From an uncultured delta proteobacterium (GTDB lineage: Bacteria; Desulfobacterota; Binatia; Binatales; Binataceae): a DNA stretch of 64,000 nucleotides. Below the pieces are notes generated by a model. That model had not been told where the DNA came from. It searched no databases and saw nothing but the letters and a program-made list of their open reading frames with translations. The position numbers and the translations under genes are program-made. The DNA is taken from contig CAVXXK010000001.1 of NCBI GenBank assembly GCA_963765675.1, positions 1,504,001-1,568,000 of the forward strand, read 5' to 3'. Shown one piece after another: positions 10,232 through 20,708 of the stretch. Position 1 is the stretch's first letter. The number at the start of each line of letters is the position of its first letter.

Positions 10232-10756
10232 TTAACTGCTCGCTTTTGCCGAAGCGGTCCGCACGTTGCCGCGGAACATTGAATCCGCGGTCTTCTTCTG
10301 CGCATCGGACATGGTGCTGTAGAGAGCTTCAAAAGCTGGAACGAATTTGTCCATTCCCTTCTCATGCTCTCGAATGACCATCTGATAAGATTTGATGGCG
10401 TCGACCGCGTTCATCGAGCTGACGTCCTGCCCTCTTGCCTTTTGCAGATCGACCATCGTCGTGGCATTGCTGCGCATTACCGCGACCAGGTTGTCCCATT
10501 GAGCCTGCTGGGCCGCTGTGATGTGGAGCCGGTTGTGCAGTTCCTTGATATGGGCTTCGACCGCCTCGTCGGGGCCGGCGTTAAGTGATGCGGGTTGCGT
10601 CGTCGCGGGTGCGGCGGCAGCCTGCGCCAGCACAATGGGCGCCGACGAAGCGCCAAAATCGCCCGCGTTGGCGAGGAGTGGGAAAGCAAGAACGAGCGAG
10701 CCGAGCAGAGTCGCAACGGCAAGCGTGCGTGAGGGTGAACGCGTGAAAGAGATCAT
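10232..10756 (-). CDS. Spy/CpxP (LTXXQ) family periplasmic chaperone-like protein
   Basis: Signal peptide, LHITAAQQAQW, and LYSTMSDAQKKTAD. Confidence 0.8.
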   Translation of the reverse strand: MISFTRSPSRTLAVATLLGSLVLAFPLLANAGDFGASSAPIVLAQAAAAPATTQPASLNAGPDEAVEAHIKELHNRLHITAAQQAQWDNLVAVMRSNATTMVDLQKARGQDVSSMNAVDAIKSYQMVIREHEKGMDKFVPAFEALYSTMSDAQKKTADSMFRGNVRTASAKASS

Positions 10757-11104
10757 CGTCTGTACTCCTAAATTCGGTTGAGATCGCCGGAAGCCATTCT
10801 CCGCCAAGACAGAACGTGTGCTTTTCCGGATCGTTGCTTCCGAGTGGAGAGAAGCAATCTTTAGACTCCGGCATATTCCGTGGAGCGTCCATAGACCTTC
10901 GCATTAACACCTGAAAAGGCCGCCGACTTCGTTCCCGTCGGCACCAATTCCCTGCAGTAACTAACCCGTCTGCTAGCTGCACGTACCGCGTCAGATCTCA
11001 GATCTTTGTATCCCTCATTGCACGACGATTGCGGCATGGTAAGCTCCGCGTGGCCGAAGGTGTGGCGGCTTGAAGCAGGCGAGGATCTTTGGAGAGTTAT
11101 CAGA

Positions 11105-11770
11105 ATGAGTGCCGACAAAGATTCTCACGGTCATCGTCACCGCCATTCTCATTATCCTGGCGTCAGCCGCGAGGGCGCCAAACAACCCGACGCGTTCAAT
11201 CCTGCACGCGCGGCGCTCCTCGACGATCCGCGGCGCTTTGATTATTTGTCCGTTGCGCAAGTTCTGGCGATGCTTGATGCTCCGTCCGGAGGCGTGTTGA
11301 TCGATTTCGGTACCGGCACCGGAACATTCGCGATCGAAATTGCGAAGCAACGGACGGACCTGCATATCGTTGCGCTGGACGAACAACCCGGAATGCTCGA
11401 GTTGCTTCGTGCGAAGCCGGAGGTAAAGCGACTGGGAAATCTGGAGGCAATACTCACTGACGGCCTCCATCGATTCGCAGCGAGCGCCGATCGAATACTC
11501 GCGCTCAACGTATTGCACGAGCTGGGCGATGGCGCGCTAGGACAAATCAAAGATCTGCTCAAGCCGTCTGGCGTCGTGTTGTTTATCGATTGGGATTCGT
11601 CGATCAACCGTCCGGTCGGACCGCCGAAGGACCATACCTACAATGCAGTCGAAGCGCGCACGCGACTTGAAGACTCAGGATTTCGAGTAGAGCAAAGAGC
11701 GTCGACGAAATACCATTTCGTGCTCCGGGCGCGGACAGTCAAAGTAAAAGGTGTCGCGCCCACGGAATAG
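11105..11770 (+). CDS. Class I SAM-dependent methyltransferase with a His-rich N-terminus
   Basis: IDFGTGTG motif I, NVLHEL and DW...VGPP; N-terminal SHGHRHRHSH. Confidence 0.85.
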   Translation: MSADKDSHGHRHRHSHYPGVSREGAKQPDAFNPARAALLDDPRRFDYLSVAQVLAMLDAPSGGVLIDFGTGTGTFAIEIAKQRTDLHIVALDEQPGMLELLRAKPEVKRLGNLEAILTDGLHRFAASADRILALNVLHELGDGALGQIKDLLKPSGVVLFIDWDSSINRPVGPPKDHTYNAVEARTRLEDSGFRVEQRASTKYHFVLRARTVKVKGVAPTE

Positions 11771-11798
11771 AAGATGATCGTCGGCGCAAGTCCGATGC

Positions 11799-13265
11799 GT
11801 GCGTCGAAGATCGGCGCCGAACCATCGCGCACACGTCGTTCGCTTGTCGTCTACAGGTGCGGCCGATGTTTTCTCGCGTTTTACGGCGGCTCGGCCGGGT
11901 CGCTGGTACGACATCGGGCTGCTCGTCCTTGCGGGATTAGCTCTGGTGTTTATTTGGAGTGTGACCGAAATCGACTACACTCCGGGCAACGGATTCCAGA
12001 TTGTTCCGCGCCAAGCATATTCAGGCGATGGTCCGCACTATCTGATAATCATCAATAGTTTGCTATTTGCGCATACCCTTGAGGTGCAGGGCGCATACGA
12101 TCGGGCCGCGCAAGGAGGCCTCGAGGCGGGAGCGCGGGCGCGTCACCAATTGCCGGATCATCATACGATTCTCGTTAATCGACGCACGGGAGATCACGCT
12201 CTGTGGATGTACTCGATTGCCGGCATCGTAATTCGCAATCCCAAGCCGGAGTTTCGTCGCGGCCCTGACGTGTATGAGGTGCCAGCGCATCCGATCGCAT
12301 TTCCCGCGCTGTTGGCGGCAGTGATTGCGCCATTTCATCCGTCGCTCGACCAGGTCGAACCAGAAGTCGGAATGGTGCTCGTGCTGATCGGATGGGCGGG
12401 CGTCCTCGCGACTTACCTCCTCGCGCGCCGCGGAGGGTTGAGCCGCGGCTATGCACTGCTCGCAGCGGGAACGCTGCTGCTCGCGAGTCCGTGGCTGTCG
12501 TATTGTCGCGACTACTTTTCGGAAACCACGATTGGTTTATGCCTGGTGCTCGCAATCTGGTCGTGGAGCGATGACCGGCCAGTAATCGCCGCGTTTTTCG
12601 CGGCAGGCGCCGCGATCATAAAACCTTCTTTCGCGGTGGTTGGTGCGGGATTCTTGATCGAAGCGGTTCGCGAGCGGCGTCTTCGCGACGCGTTGAAGAT
12701 GGCGGCCGTGCTCGGAGTCTGCGCGCTGGCACTGGGCGCGTTCAACTATTGGCTGTCCGGAACTCCGCTGATCTCGGGTTCGGAGGCATGGTATCTCGCG
12801 AGCGATCTGGAGCCGCTTCACGACACGTTGCTCGATCCTGCGCATGGTGTGCTCGTCTTTGCGCCGTGGGCGATCTTCGCCGTATTCGCGATCGCGCATG
12901 CGTTCGATTGTTTCGACGCGGACTACGCAATGCTCCGCCGGATGGCGTGGCCGTTGATTCTTTATCTGTTCGTGCTCGCGATCACCGGGTTTGGACCGGG
13001 CTATTGCTACGGGCCGCGTTATTGGGTTCCGTTTCTGCCGTGGCTTGCCGTCGCAACGGCGCAGGCTCTGCGCAGCGGCGGGACGCGCGGACGCGTCGCA
13101 TGCGCTCTGCTGATTCTGGTCGGGATGGCGATTGCGATTCCAGCGGTGGTGCAATTGCCGAGCATGTATTCGATGCCGCCGTCCGCAGGATGGCACTGGA
13201 AGGGCGAATCGGCATTACCCGCGACGTCAGAGTTCTCGTCAGGAAAGCTCGCCGCAATTGTCTGA
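11799..13265 (+). CDS. Polytopic membrane protein, probable GT-C fold glycosyltransferase (start uncertain)
   Basis: Many hydrophobic segments, GDGPHY in the first extracytoplasmic loop, FSE, and GPRYWVP. Confidence 0.6.
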   Translation: MRRRSAPNHRAHVVRLSSTGAADVFSRFTAARPGRWYDIGLLVLAGLALVFIWSVTEIDYTPGNGFQIVPRQAYSGDGPHYLIIINSLLFAHTLEVQGAYDRAAQGGLEAGARARHQLPDHHTILVNRRTGDHALWMYSIAGIVIRNPKPEFRRGPDVYEVPAHPIAFPALLAAVIAPFHPSLDQVEPEVGMVLVLIGWAGVLATYLLARRGGLSRGYALLAAGTLLLASPWLSYCRDYFSETTIGLCLVLAIWSWSDDRPVIAAFFAAGAAIIKPSFAVVGAGFLIEAVRERRLRDALKMAAVLGVCALALGAFNYWLSGTPLISGSEAWYLASDLEPLHDTLLDPAHGVLVFAPWAIFAVFAIAHAFDCFDADYAMLRRMAWPLILYLFVLAITGFGPGYCYGPRYWVPFLPWLAVATAQALRSGGTRGRVACALLILVGMAIAIPAVVQLPSMYSMPPSAGWHWKGESALPATSEFSSGKLAAIV

Positions 13266-13283
13266 AGTTCCCGCCAGGAGAAA

Positions 13284-16200
13284 CTACTGCAACGCCATAT
13301 CGACGCGGGTGGTCTTGCCCTGATCCTTGATTCCGTCGGCGTTCAGCTTGGGCGCGATCAGGAACAGCCGCGCCGGATCGATCTTCGCGCTCAAGTACGC
13401 GCGCACCGCGTTGGCGCGAGCGTCGGCCAGCGCGCGCAGATCGCTATCGGAGGTAGCCGCTATCATCTGCTTTTTCATCTCATCAGGCGGCAGCGACTTG
13501 TCGAGACCGAGGAAGTTGGTCGGCTTTTTGAACTTGGCCGCCTTGTACGCGCGGGTCAGGTACTTGTCATATTCAGCAGGTGCGATCTTGACGCTCGCGA
13601 GATCGCCGCTAGGGCCGCCGGTGTCCTTCAGCTTCTGCGCCTTCATCGCCTGATCGATAAGCCCCTCGCGATCGAGAGCGGGATCAACGCGTCCCTCTAT
13701 ATTCACCTTCAGGCCGGTCCGCTCCTGGAGTGCCTGGATAAGAGTATCGAGCTTCGATTTGCTATCCGCGCTTAGCGCTGCCGAGCCGGGCGCGAACTCG
13801 ACATAGGACAAGTCCTGCTTACCGCCTCCGAAGGCCGAGCTTAACAAACTGAAGGGCGACGTCGCGGCTTTCACGATCAAGTTCATGAACGCGTGCAAGA
13901 TCACGCTGCCAATACTGAATTGAGGATCTTTCAGCGAGCCCGAGACGGGTACGTCCACGTCGATCTCGCCTTTCGAATTCTTCAGCAGAGAAACCGCGAG
14001 CCGAATTGGCAAATTGGTCGCGGTCGAGTTCGCGACCCGGTCGCCGAAAGTAAGCTGATCGATGAAGATGTGATTGTCGGCGGTCAGATTGCCCTGATCG
14101 AGCGTGTAGTGAACGTTCACCGTAAGCGTGCCCTTGGTTATCGGGTAGCCGGTATAGCGCGTTGAGTAGGCCGTCAGCCCGGTCAGCTCTATTCCATCGG
14201 CATTCGCCTTGACATCGACATACGCGGTCGGCGCCAACGGATTAACCGAACCTGTGATCTCGATCGGCGCGCTGCCGTTGACCTGCCCGTGCAATTCGAC
14301 GTCGGCGGGACTGGTCGATCGGGTTCCAAACGCTCCCACCTTGCCGGTGATGCCGGTCAGATTCGCGGTGTAGTTCGGTTGAATGAAAAAATCGCTGTAG
14401 TCGATCTTGCCGCCCTGCAGTGTAATTCGTCCGAGCGCGATATCCGCGGGGATTGGTTGCCCAGTTGGAGAGGACGGTGCCGCTTCGGCCGCAGGAGCCT
14501 GCTCTTGCGGCTGTGCCTCAGTCAACGATTTGGGCGCGGCGTTAGGATTCGCTGTGATGTCCTTCAGGTTCAGCTTCCCGGTCTGGTTCAGAATGATTCG
14601 CGAATAAAAATCCGACAGCGCGACCGCGCCGATATGTACCTTGGGCGGACCAGCACCGAAGTCGGCGTCGATTCGGCTGACGCTCAGCGCGCGCCATCTA
14701 AGGAACGGCTCGCTGGTCAGTTTGTCGAGCGTTGCCAAGTCGGCGACCGTGACGTCGCCGCGATAAGTGATTCGAAGATTCTTTCGCTCCTGCGCCAGGC
14801 CAACCGCGCCGTTCATCGTCAGCAGCGCGCTCTTGATCGTCGCATTCAAATGGCCGCTGACGTAGGGATCCGCGGACGAGAGATCAAGGCGCTGAGTGAC
14901 GACGCGTAGATTGGCTTTGAGCGGCGCGATCGCCGCGGTGCCGGTGACCTTGATCGTGCCGCGCCGATTGAGCGAGCCATCGAGATCGACGCTGAACGGT
15001 TTTGCGAAGTCGCTGGTAACATCCTTCAGATGGATGTTGAGCGGAGAGAACGCGATTTTGACCGCACGCGGAGCAGACGCGTCTTCGATCTGAGCATCGG
15101 TCTTCTCGATCGCGATCGAAGCGATGCGGAATTGCCACGGCTTGGCCACCGGCGCCTTAGCCTGTTCCGGTCGGCGGCGCTGGCGTTCGCGTTCCACACG
15201 CTCTCGCTCGCGGCGCTCCCGCTCCAGGCGTTCGCGCTCGCGTCTTTCGGCAGCAGTCTCGCGACGAGGACGGGGAGGCGGCGCCGGCTTCGCCAACAGA
15301 TCGAGCAGGCTCAGTTTTCCGTCGCGTTCGCGGATCACAGACACACGGATCCCGTCGGTGCGGATTTCGTTGATTGTCGCCTGACGCGAAGCCAAATCGA
15401 CTTGTCCGATCGCGACGCTGAGCTTGTCCCATTGCAACGGCTTGTCGCGGCCATTGGACGTGCTGAGCGCAAAACTATCGAGCGAAACGCTGGCAGGTTC
15501 GGCATGCACGTTGAAACTGGACGAAAAATCAGTTTTGACGTTGGCCGAGGCGCTTAGCTTTCCGCTCGTCACCTTGGCAGCGAGGATCGATTGGGCGAAA
15601 GCCTGCAGCGCCGGCAAATCGATTTGATCGATCGTCACGGTACTGGTCGCTTGCTTGTGCGCGTAGTCAACCGCGCCCTTGACGTCGATCGAGCCGCCCC
15701 CGCCAAGGCTAGCCGTCAGGCCGTATGATGCTGCAGCGGCGCTGGTCAGGCTGAAATAGCCGAGTTGTGCGTGAATCGGCGAGATCGACACTATCGCCGG
15801 AGTAGCGCCAGTGTTGTCAGTCACCTTGACTGAGCTTTGCGCCATCTCGAATGAATCGATCGAGACGTCGGGCGGAGCGGCCGGCGCGGTGGATGAGGCC
15901 TCGACCGCGGTGGCCGCCACGGGCGCGGCAGGTGACGCACTGCTGGCTGGCGCAGAGTTTGGTCCGTTAAGTGAAGTCAGATTGATCGTGCCGTCGTGAT
16001 TGCGCACGAGGTTGGCGGCGAGTCCGTCTATCCGAATCTTTCCGAGATGGAATCTTCCTCGTAGCGGCTCGACATCATCGAGCGTGGTCATCGCATGTTG
16101 CAGCGCGGCAATCGGCGCGTCGCTCAAATCGCGAACGTCGAGCTGGTCGATCGCAGCCTCGCCGACAATCGCGATTACCGGGCCGGTGTCCTTGGAGACG

Positions 16201-17051
16201 AAATGCACCTGCAGCGCGCACGAAAAGGTTCCCTGCGAAATTTTCACCGGTAGCTTGCGCGGCACGTAGCCGACGTAGCGCGGGATATCGAGGCGATGGA
16301 GGTCGAGCTCGACGATCGAATCTCGGGTCGCGCCGAAGGGTTTGCTCTGTCCGCCGATCCGCACCGGAGTTCCATCCACGTCCATCTGCAAAAGCGGCTG
16401 GACGAATATATCGACGTCGCGCGGCAGGTTGGCGATAAACGGAATCCCAACCTGCAGGTGCTCGATCGAATGTTTTTGTCCAACCACCTGATCGTCCAGA
16501 TGCAGGTCGCCGTTGGTCAGCTTGATGTTCGAAACCGAAAATCTTTGCGGCTTTGAGGGCGCCTCCACCGGCTTTGGCGGAGCTTTCGATTCGAGCAAAT
16601 CCGAGAAGTTGAAGCGCTGCGGCGCGATACGAACGATATGGATCGAAGGGTGATCGAGCGAGAGTTGTCCTACAACCGGTGCCAGCCGAAACAGCGAGCT
16701 CCACGCGATTTTCAGGTTCAGATGTCCGAGATCGACGAACGGCTTCTGTGGGTCGGTATCGCCGACATGCAGCCGATCGACATTCAGACGCAAGGTATAG
16801 GGATTGAAACTTATCGCGCCGACCGTGACGGGCCGTTTGATTTGCGTGGCGACCGGTCCGGTCAGGATGTGGCGCAAAATCGGGGGCACCGCGAAGAAAC
16901 CGGCTACCCCATACAGAAAGATTACGGCGATAATCGCGATACCGATGCGACGCGCGCGCCGAGTCCGCCCAAACGCCATCGCGCGGGCGAACCATGCTCG
17001 GGCGTGCTCTGGAGCGGCCCTAAGGACGTCGCGCATCCACGGTACCCCCAA
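13284..17051 (-). CDS. DUF748 domain protein (AsmA-like) with a C-terminal OmpA-like region
   Basis: N-terminal TM helix followed by FNPYTL, FNFSDL, IPFIANLP, LAVSLLKNSKGEIDVDVPVSGSL.DPQFS and LADARANAVRAYL. Confidence 0.85.
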   Translation of the reverse strand: MGVPWMRDVLRAAPEHARAWFARAMAFGRTRRARRIGIAIIAVIFLYGVAGFFAVPPILRHILTGPVATQIKRPVTVGAISFNPYTLRLNVDRLHVGDTDPQKPFVDLGHLNLKIAWSSLFRLAPVVGQLSLDHPSIHIVRIAPQRFNFSDLLESKAPPKPVEAPSKPQRFSVSNIKLTNGDLHLDDQVVGQKHSIEHLQVGIPFIANLPRDVDIFVQPLLQMDVDGTPVRIGGQSKPFGATRDSIVELDLHRLDIPRYVGYVPRKLPVKISQGTFSCALQVHFVSKDTGPVIAIVGEAAIDQLDVRDLSDAPIAALQHAMTTLDDVEPLRGRFHLGKIRIDGLAANLVRNHDGTINLTSLNGPNSAPASSASPAAPVAATAVEASSTAPAAPPDVSIDSFEMAQSSVKVTDNTGATPAIVSISPIHAQLGYFSLTSAAAASYGLTASLGGGGSIDVKGAVDYAHKQATSTVTIDQIDLPALQAFAQSILAAKVTSGKLSASANVKTDFSSSFNVHAEPASVSLDSFALSTSNGRDKPLQWDKLSVAIGQVDLASRQATINEIRTDGIRVSVIRERDGKLSLLDLLAKPAPPPRPRRETAAERRERERLERERRERERVERERQRRRPEQAKAPVAKPWQFRIASIAIEKTDAQIEDASAPRAVKIAFSPLNIHLKDVTSDFAKPFSVDLDGSLNRRGTIKVTGTAAIAPLKANLRVVTQRLDLSSADPYVSGHLNATIKSALLTMNGAVGLAQERKNLRITYRGDVTVADLATLDKLTSEPFLRWRALSVSRIDADFGAGPPKVHIGAVALSDFYSRIILNQTGKLNLKDITANPNAAPKSLTEAQPQEQAPAAEAAPSSPTGQPIPADIALGRITLQGGKIDYSDFFIQPNYTANLTGITGKVGAFGTRSTSPADVELHGQVNGSAPIEITGSVNPLAPTAYVDVKANADGIELTGLTAYSTRYTGYPITKGTLTVNVHYTLDQGNLTADNHIFIDQLTFGDRVANSTATNLPIRLAVSLLKNSKGEIDVDVPVSGSLKDPQFSIGSVILHAFMNLIVKAATSPFSLLSSAFGGGKQDLSYVEFAPGSAALSADSKSKLDTLIQALQERTGLKVNIEGRVDPALDREGLIDQAMKAQKLKDTGGPSGDLASVKIAPAEYDKYLTRAYKAAKFKKPTNFLGLDKSLPPDEMKKQMIAATSDSDLRALADARANAVRAYLSAKIDPARLFLIAPKLNADGIKDQGKTTRVDMALQ

Positions 17052-17234
17052 TTCGGCATCCGGAGACTATGACGATGCCGGAGGCCATCGTAGGCAAATA
17101 CCGGTTTCATAGCCATCACGGACCGATCCATTCCTATACGCCGCCGCTTTCAAAGATCGGCGCGAGCGTGCTTTAGATATTAGATTAGGATAATGCGCCG
17201 CCGATCGGACCATGCCGATACGGCAGGCGAAGGG

Positions 17235-20200
17235 ATGACGGCAGTTCCTATGCTTGCGAAGAATCTTCTAATCGCCAATCGTGGCGAAATAGCGATCCGG
17301 ATTATCCGCGCGGCCGCCGAACTTGGTATCCGCACAGTTGCGATATTCTCCAGCGACGACTCCTCCTCCTTGCATATACGCAGGGCCGACGATGCGCGGG
17401 CGCTGCGCGGCGCCGGGGTAGGGGCATATCTCGACGCCGAACAGATCGTCGCTGCGGCGAAAGACGCGGGCTGCGACGCGATCCATCCAGGCTACGGCTT
17501 CCTGAGTGAGAACGCGGAATTCGCGCGCCGATGCGCCGCCGCGGGAATCTGTTTCGTCGGGCCGCGCCCGGAAATATTGGAACTGTTTGGCGACAAGTTG
17601 CAGGCGCGCGCGTTGGCGCAGCGCTGCGGAGTGCCGGTCCTGCGCGGCACAATCGCCGCCACCAGTCTCGATGAAGCGCGAGACTTCTTTGCGGCGCTCG
17701 GCCACGGCGCAGCGATCATGATCAAGGCGGTTGCGGGCGGAGGCGGGCGCGGGATGCGGGCTGTTCATCGCGCTGCCGATATCGAACAGGCTTTCGCCCG
17801 ATGCCAATCCGAAGCGCGCAGCGCGTTCGGAAACGGTGACGTATACGTCGAGCAACTGATGCCACGTGCGCGCCACCTTGAAGTGCAGATCGTCGGTGAC
17901 GGCTCGGGCGATGTGGTCCACCTCTACGAACGCGAATGCACCATCCAGCGACGAAATCAGAAGATCCTCGAGGTCGCGCCGAGCCCGAGTATCAGCGCCG
18001 AGACTCGCGATCGTCTGACCGGTGCCGCCGTGCGAATCGCGCGCGAGGTTCGTTACGACAGTCTCGGCACCTTCGAGTTTCTGCTTGATGCGAGCAGAGC
18101 GTCCGACGGTGCGGGCGAGAATGCGGCGTTTGCATTTATCGAGGCAAATCCGCGCCTGCAGGTCGAGCATACGGTGACGGAAGAGGTTACCGGCGTCGAT
18201 CTGGTCAAGGTTCAGTTGCAGCTCGCCGGCGGAATGCGGCTCGGCGAGCTCGGTCTGACTCAGACGACAATTACGCCGCCGCGCGGATTTGCAATCCAGG
18301 CGCGAATTAACGCCGAAACCATGACCACGGACGGTGGCGCGAAGCCTGCTGGGCGGTACGCTCGGAGCGTTTGAGGTTCCATCGGGTCCGGGGTTGCGTG
18401 TCGATACATTCGGGTACACCGGCTACACCACCAATCCGCGCTTCGACTCGCTGATCGCGAAATTGATCGCGCATTCGCCGAGCGGTGATTTCGCCGATGC
18501 CGTCAATCGAACCTATCGCGCGCTGTGCGAGTTCAGGATCGAGGGCGTCGCGACCAATATCGGATTTCTCCAGAACCTCCTGCGGCATCCGGAGTTTGCC
18601 GCGAACCGGACTCATACTCGTTTCGTCGAGGAGAATGCAGGGGAGCTGACAGGCGCGCAGCCTTCCGCGCATCGCAGGCTGTTTTTCGAACGCGCTTCGG
18701 CGCCGTCAGCGGGCCGAGCTGGAGCCGGAGCAAAAATCGATACCAGCGATCCGCTCGCTGTCCTTCATCACGGAAAATCCGAGGGTGGCGCGTATGCCGC
18801 CTCTTCCGCGAGCCTCGGTTGACGCCGAGCCGGCGCCGCTGGCTCACACGATCGAGGGACCCGAAGGCACGGTTGCCGTCGTGGCGCCGATGCAGGGTAC
18901 GATCGTTTCTATCGATACGCACGAGGGCGATACGGTGCTCCGCGGTCAGCAGCTTCTGGTGATGGAAGCGATGAAGATGGAGCACGTTATCGCCGCGCAG
19001 GTTAGCGGAATAGTGCGCCAAATCGCGGTTGCAAAGGGCGACGCCATCTTCGAAGGACATCCGTTGATTTTTATCGAAGAATCAAAGGTCGAGGATTCCG
19101 CCGCCGCTGCCGCGGAGCAGATCGATTTCGATCGAATCCGTCCTGACCTGGCTGAAGTGCAAGAACGCCACGCGGTTGGGCTTGATCCCGCGCGTCCCGA
19201 CGCGGTCGCGCGCCGCCGCAAGACGCATCAGCGTACCGCGCGCGAGAACGTCGACGATTTGTGCGATCCCGGCACTTACATCGAGTACGGCTCAATTGTG
19301 ATCGCGGCGCAACGCCGCCGCCGCGCGCTCGACGATCTGATCAAGCGCACTCCGGCCGACGGAATGATTGCAGGGATTGGCCGCGTCAACGGCGACCTGT
19401 TCGACGACGCGCGCGCTCAGTGCGTGCTGATGTCGTACGACTACACCGTGCTCGCCGGCACCCAGGGCCAGCAGAACCATCGCAAGAAAGACAGAATGTT
19501 CGAAATCGCGGAGCGGATGCGCCTGCCGGTCGTGTTCTTCACCGAGGGCGGCGGCGGCCGTCCCGGCGATACCGACGGCGTCGGCGTTGCCGGTCTCGAT
19601 TGCATGGCGTTTCAGTACTGGGGGCAGCTAAGCGGACTGGTGCCGTTGGTCGGGATCAACTCTGGGCGATGCTTTGCCGGAAATGCGGCGCTGCTCGGAT
19701 GCTGCGACGTGGTGATCGCGACGGAGAACTCAAATATCGGAATGGGCGGCCCCGCGATGATCGAAGGCGGCGGGCTCGGGATCTTCCGGCCCGAGGAAGT
19801 CGGCCCGATGAGCGTGCAGGTGGCAAACGGCGTCGTCGATATTCCGGTGAAGGACGAAGCGAGCGCGGTGCAAGCCGCCAAACGCTACCTTTCGTATTTT
19901 CAGGGACCGACGCGCAAATGGGAGTGCGCTGACCAGCGGATCCTGCGCGCGATAATTCCGGAGAACCGGTTGCGCATCTACGATGTGCGCAAAGTTATCG
20001 AGACGCTTGCCGACACGGGGTCGGTGCTCGAACTAAGGCGCAACTTCGGGCTCGGTATGGTCACGGCGCTGGTCAGAATCGAGGGGCGCCCGCTTGGCAT
20101 CGTCGCGAACAATCCGACGCATCTGGCCGGCGCGATCGATTCGAGCGGCGCGGACAAAGCCGCCCGCTTCATGCAGCTTTGCGACGCGTTCGATATCCCG

Positions 20201-20692
20201 CTCCTGTTCCTGTGCGATACCCCCGGAATCATGGTCGGGCCCGAAGTCGAAAAGACCGCGCTGGTTCGGCATGCGGCGCGGATGTTCGTGACCGGCGCGA
20301 GTATCACAGTTCCGTTCTTCACGATCATTTTGCGCAAAGGCTATGGACTCGGCGCGCAAGCGATGGCGGGCGGGAGCTTCAAGGCTCCTGTCTTTACCGT
20401 CTCCTGGCCGACCGGCGAGTTCGGCGGGATGGGCCTGGAAGGTGCGGTCAAGCTCGGCTATCGCAATGAGCTCGCGGCCGAGCAGGATCCCGCCAAGCGC
20501 AAGGCGCTATTCGATGAGATGGTCGCGCGGATGTATGCGCACGGGAAGGCGGTCAACACCGCCTCGCATTTCGAAATCGATGACGTTATCGATCCGCTGG
20601 AATCGCGCCGCTGGATCATGGCTGGTCTGAAATCCGCGCCGCCGCCAGCACCCCGAACCGGCAAGAAACGCCCATGCATCGATACGTGGTAA
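17235..20692 (+). CDS. Single-chain acyl-CoA carboxylase (BC-BCCP-CT), with two +1 frameshifts (~18352 and ~18800)
   Basis: LIANRGEIA, HPGYGFLSEN, EANPRLQVEH and FDSLIAKLI (BC); EAMKME (biotin lysine); GGGRPGD (CT). The domains are spread over three consecutive frames. Confidence 0.88.
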
Positions 20693-20708
20693 TCAACGAA
20701 CGCCGCGC

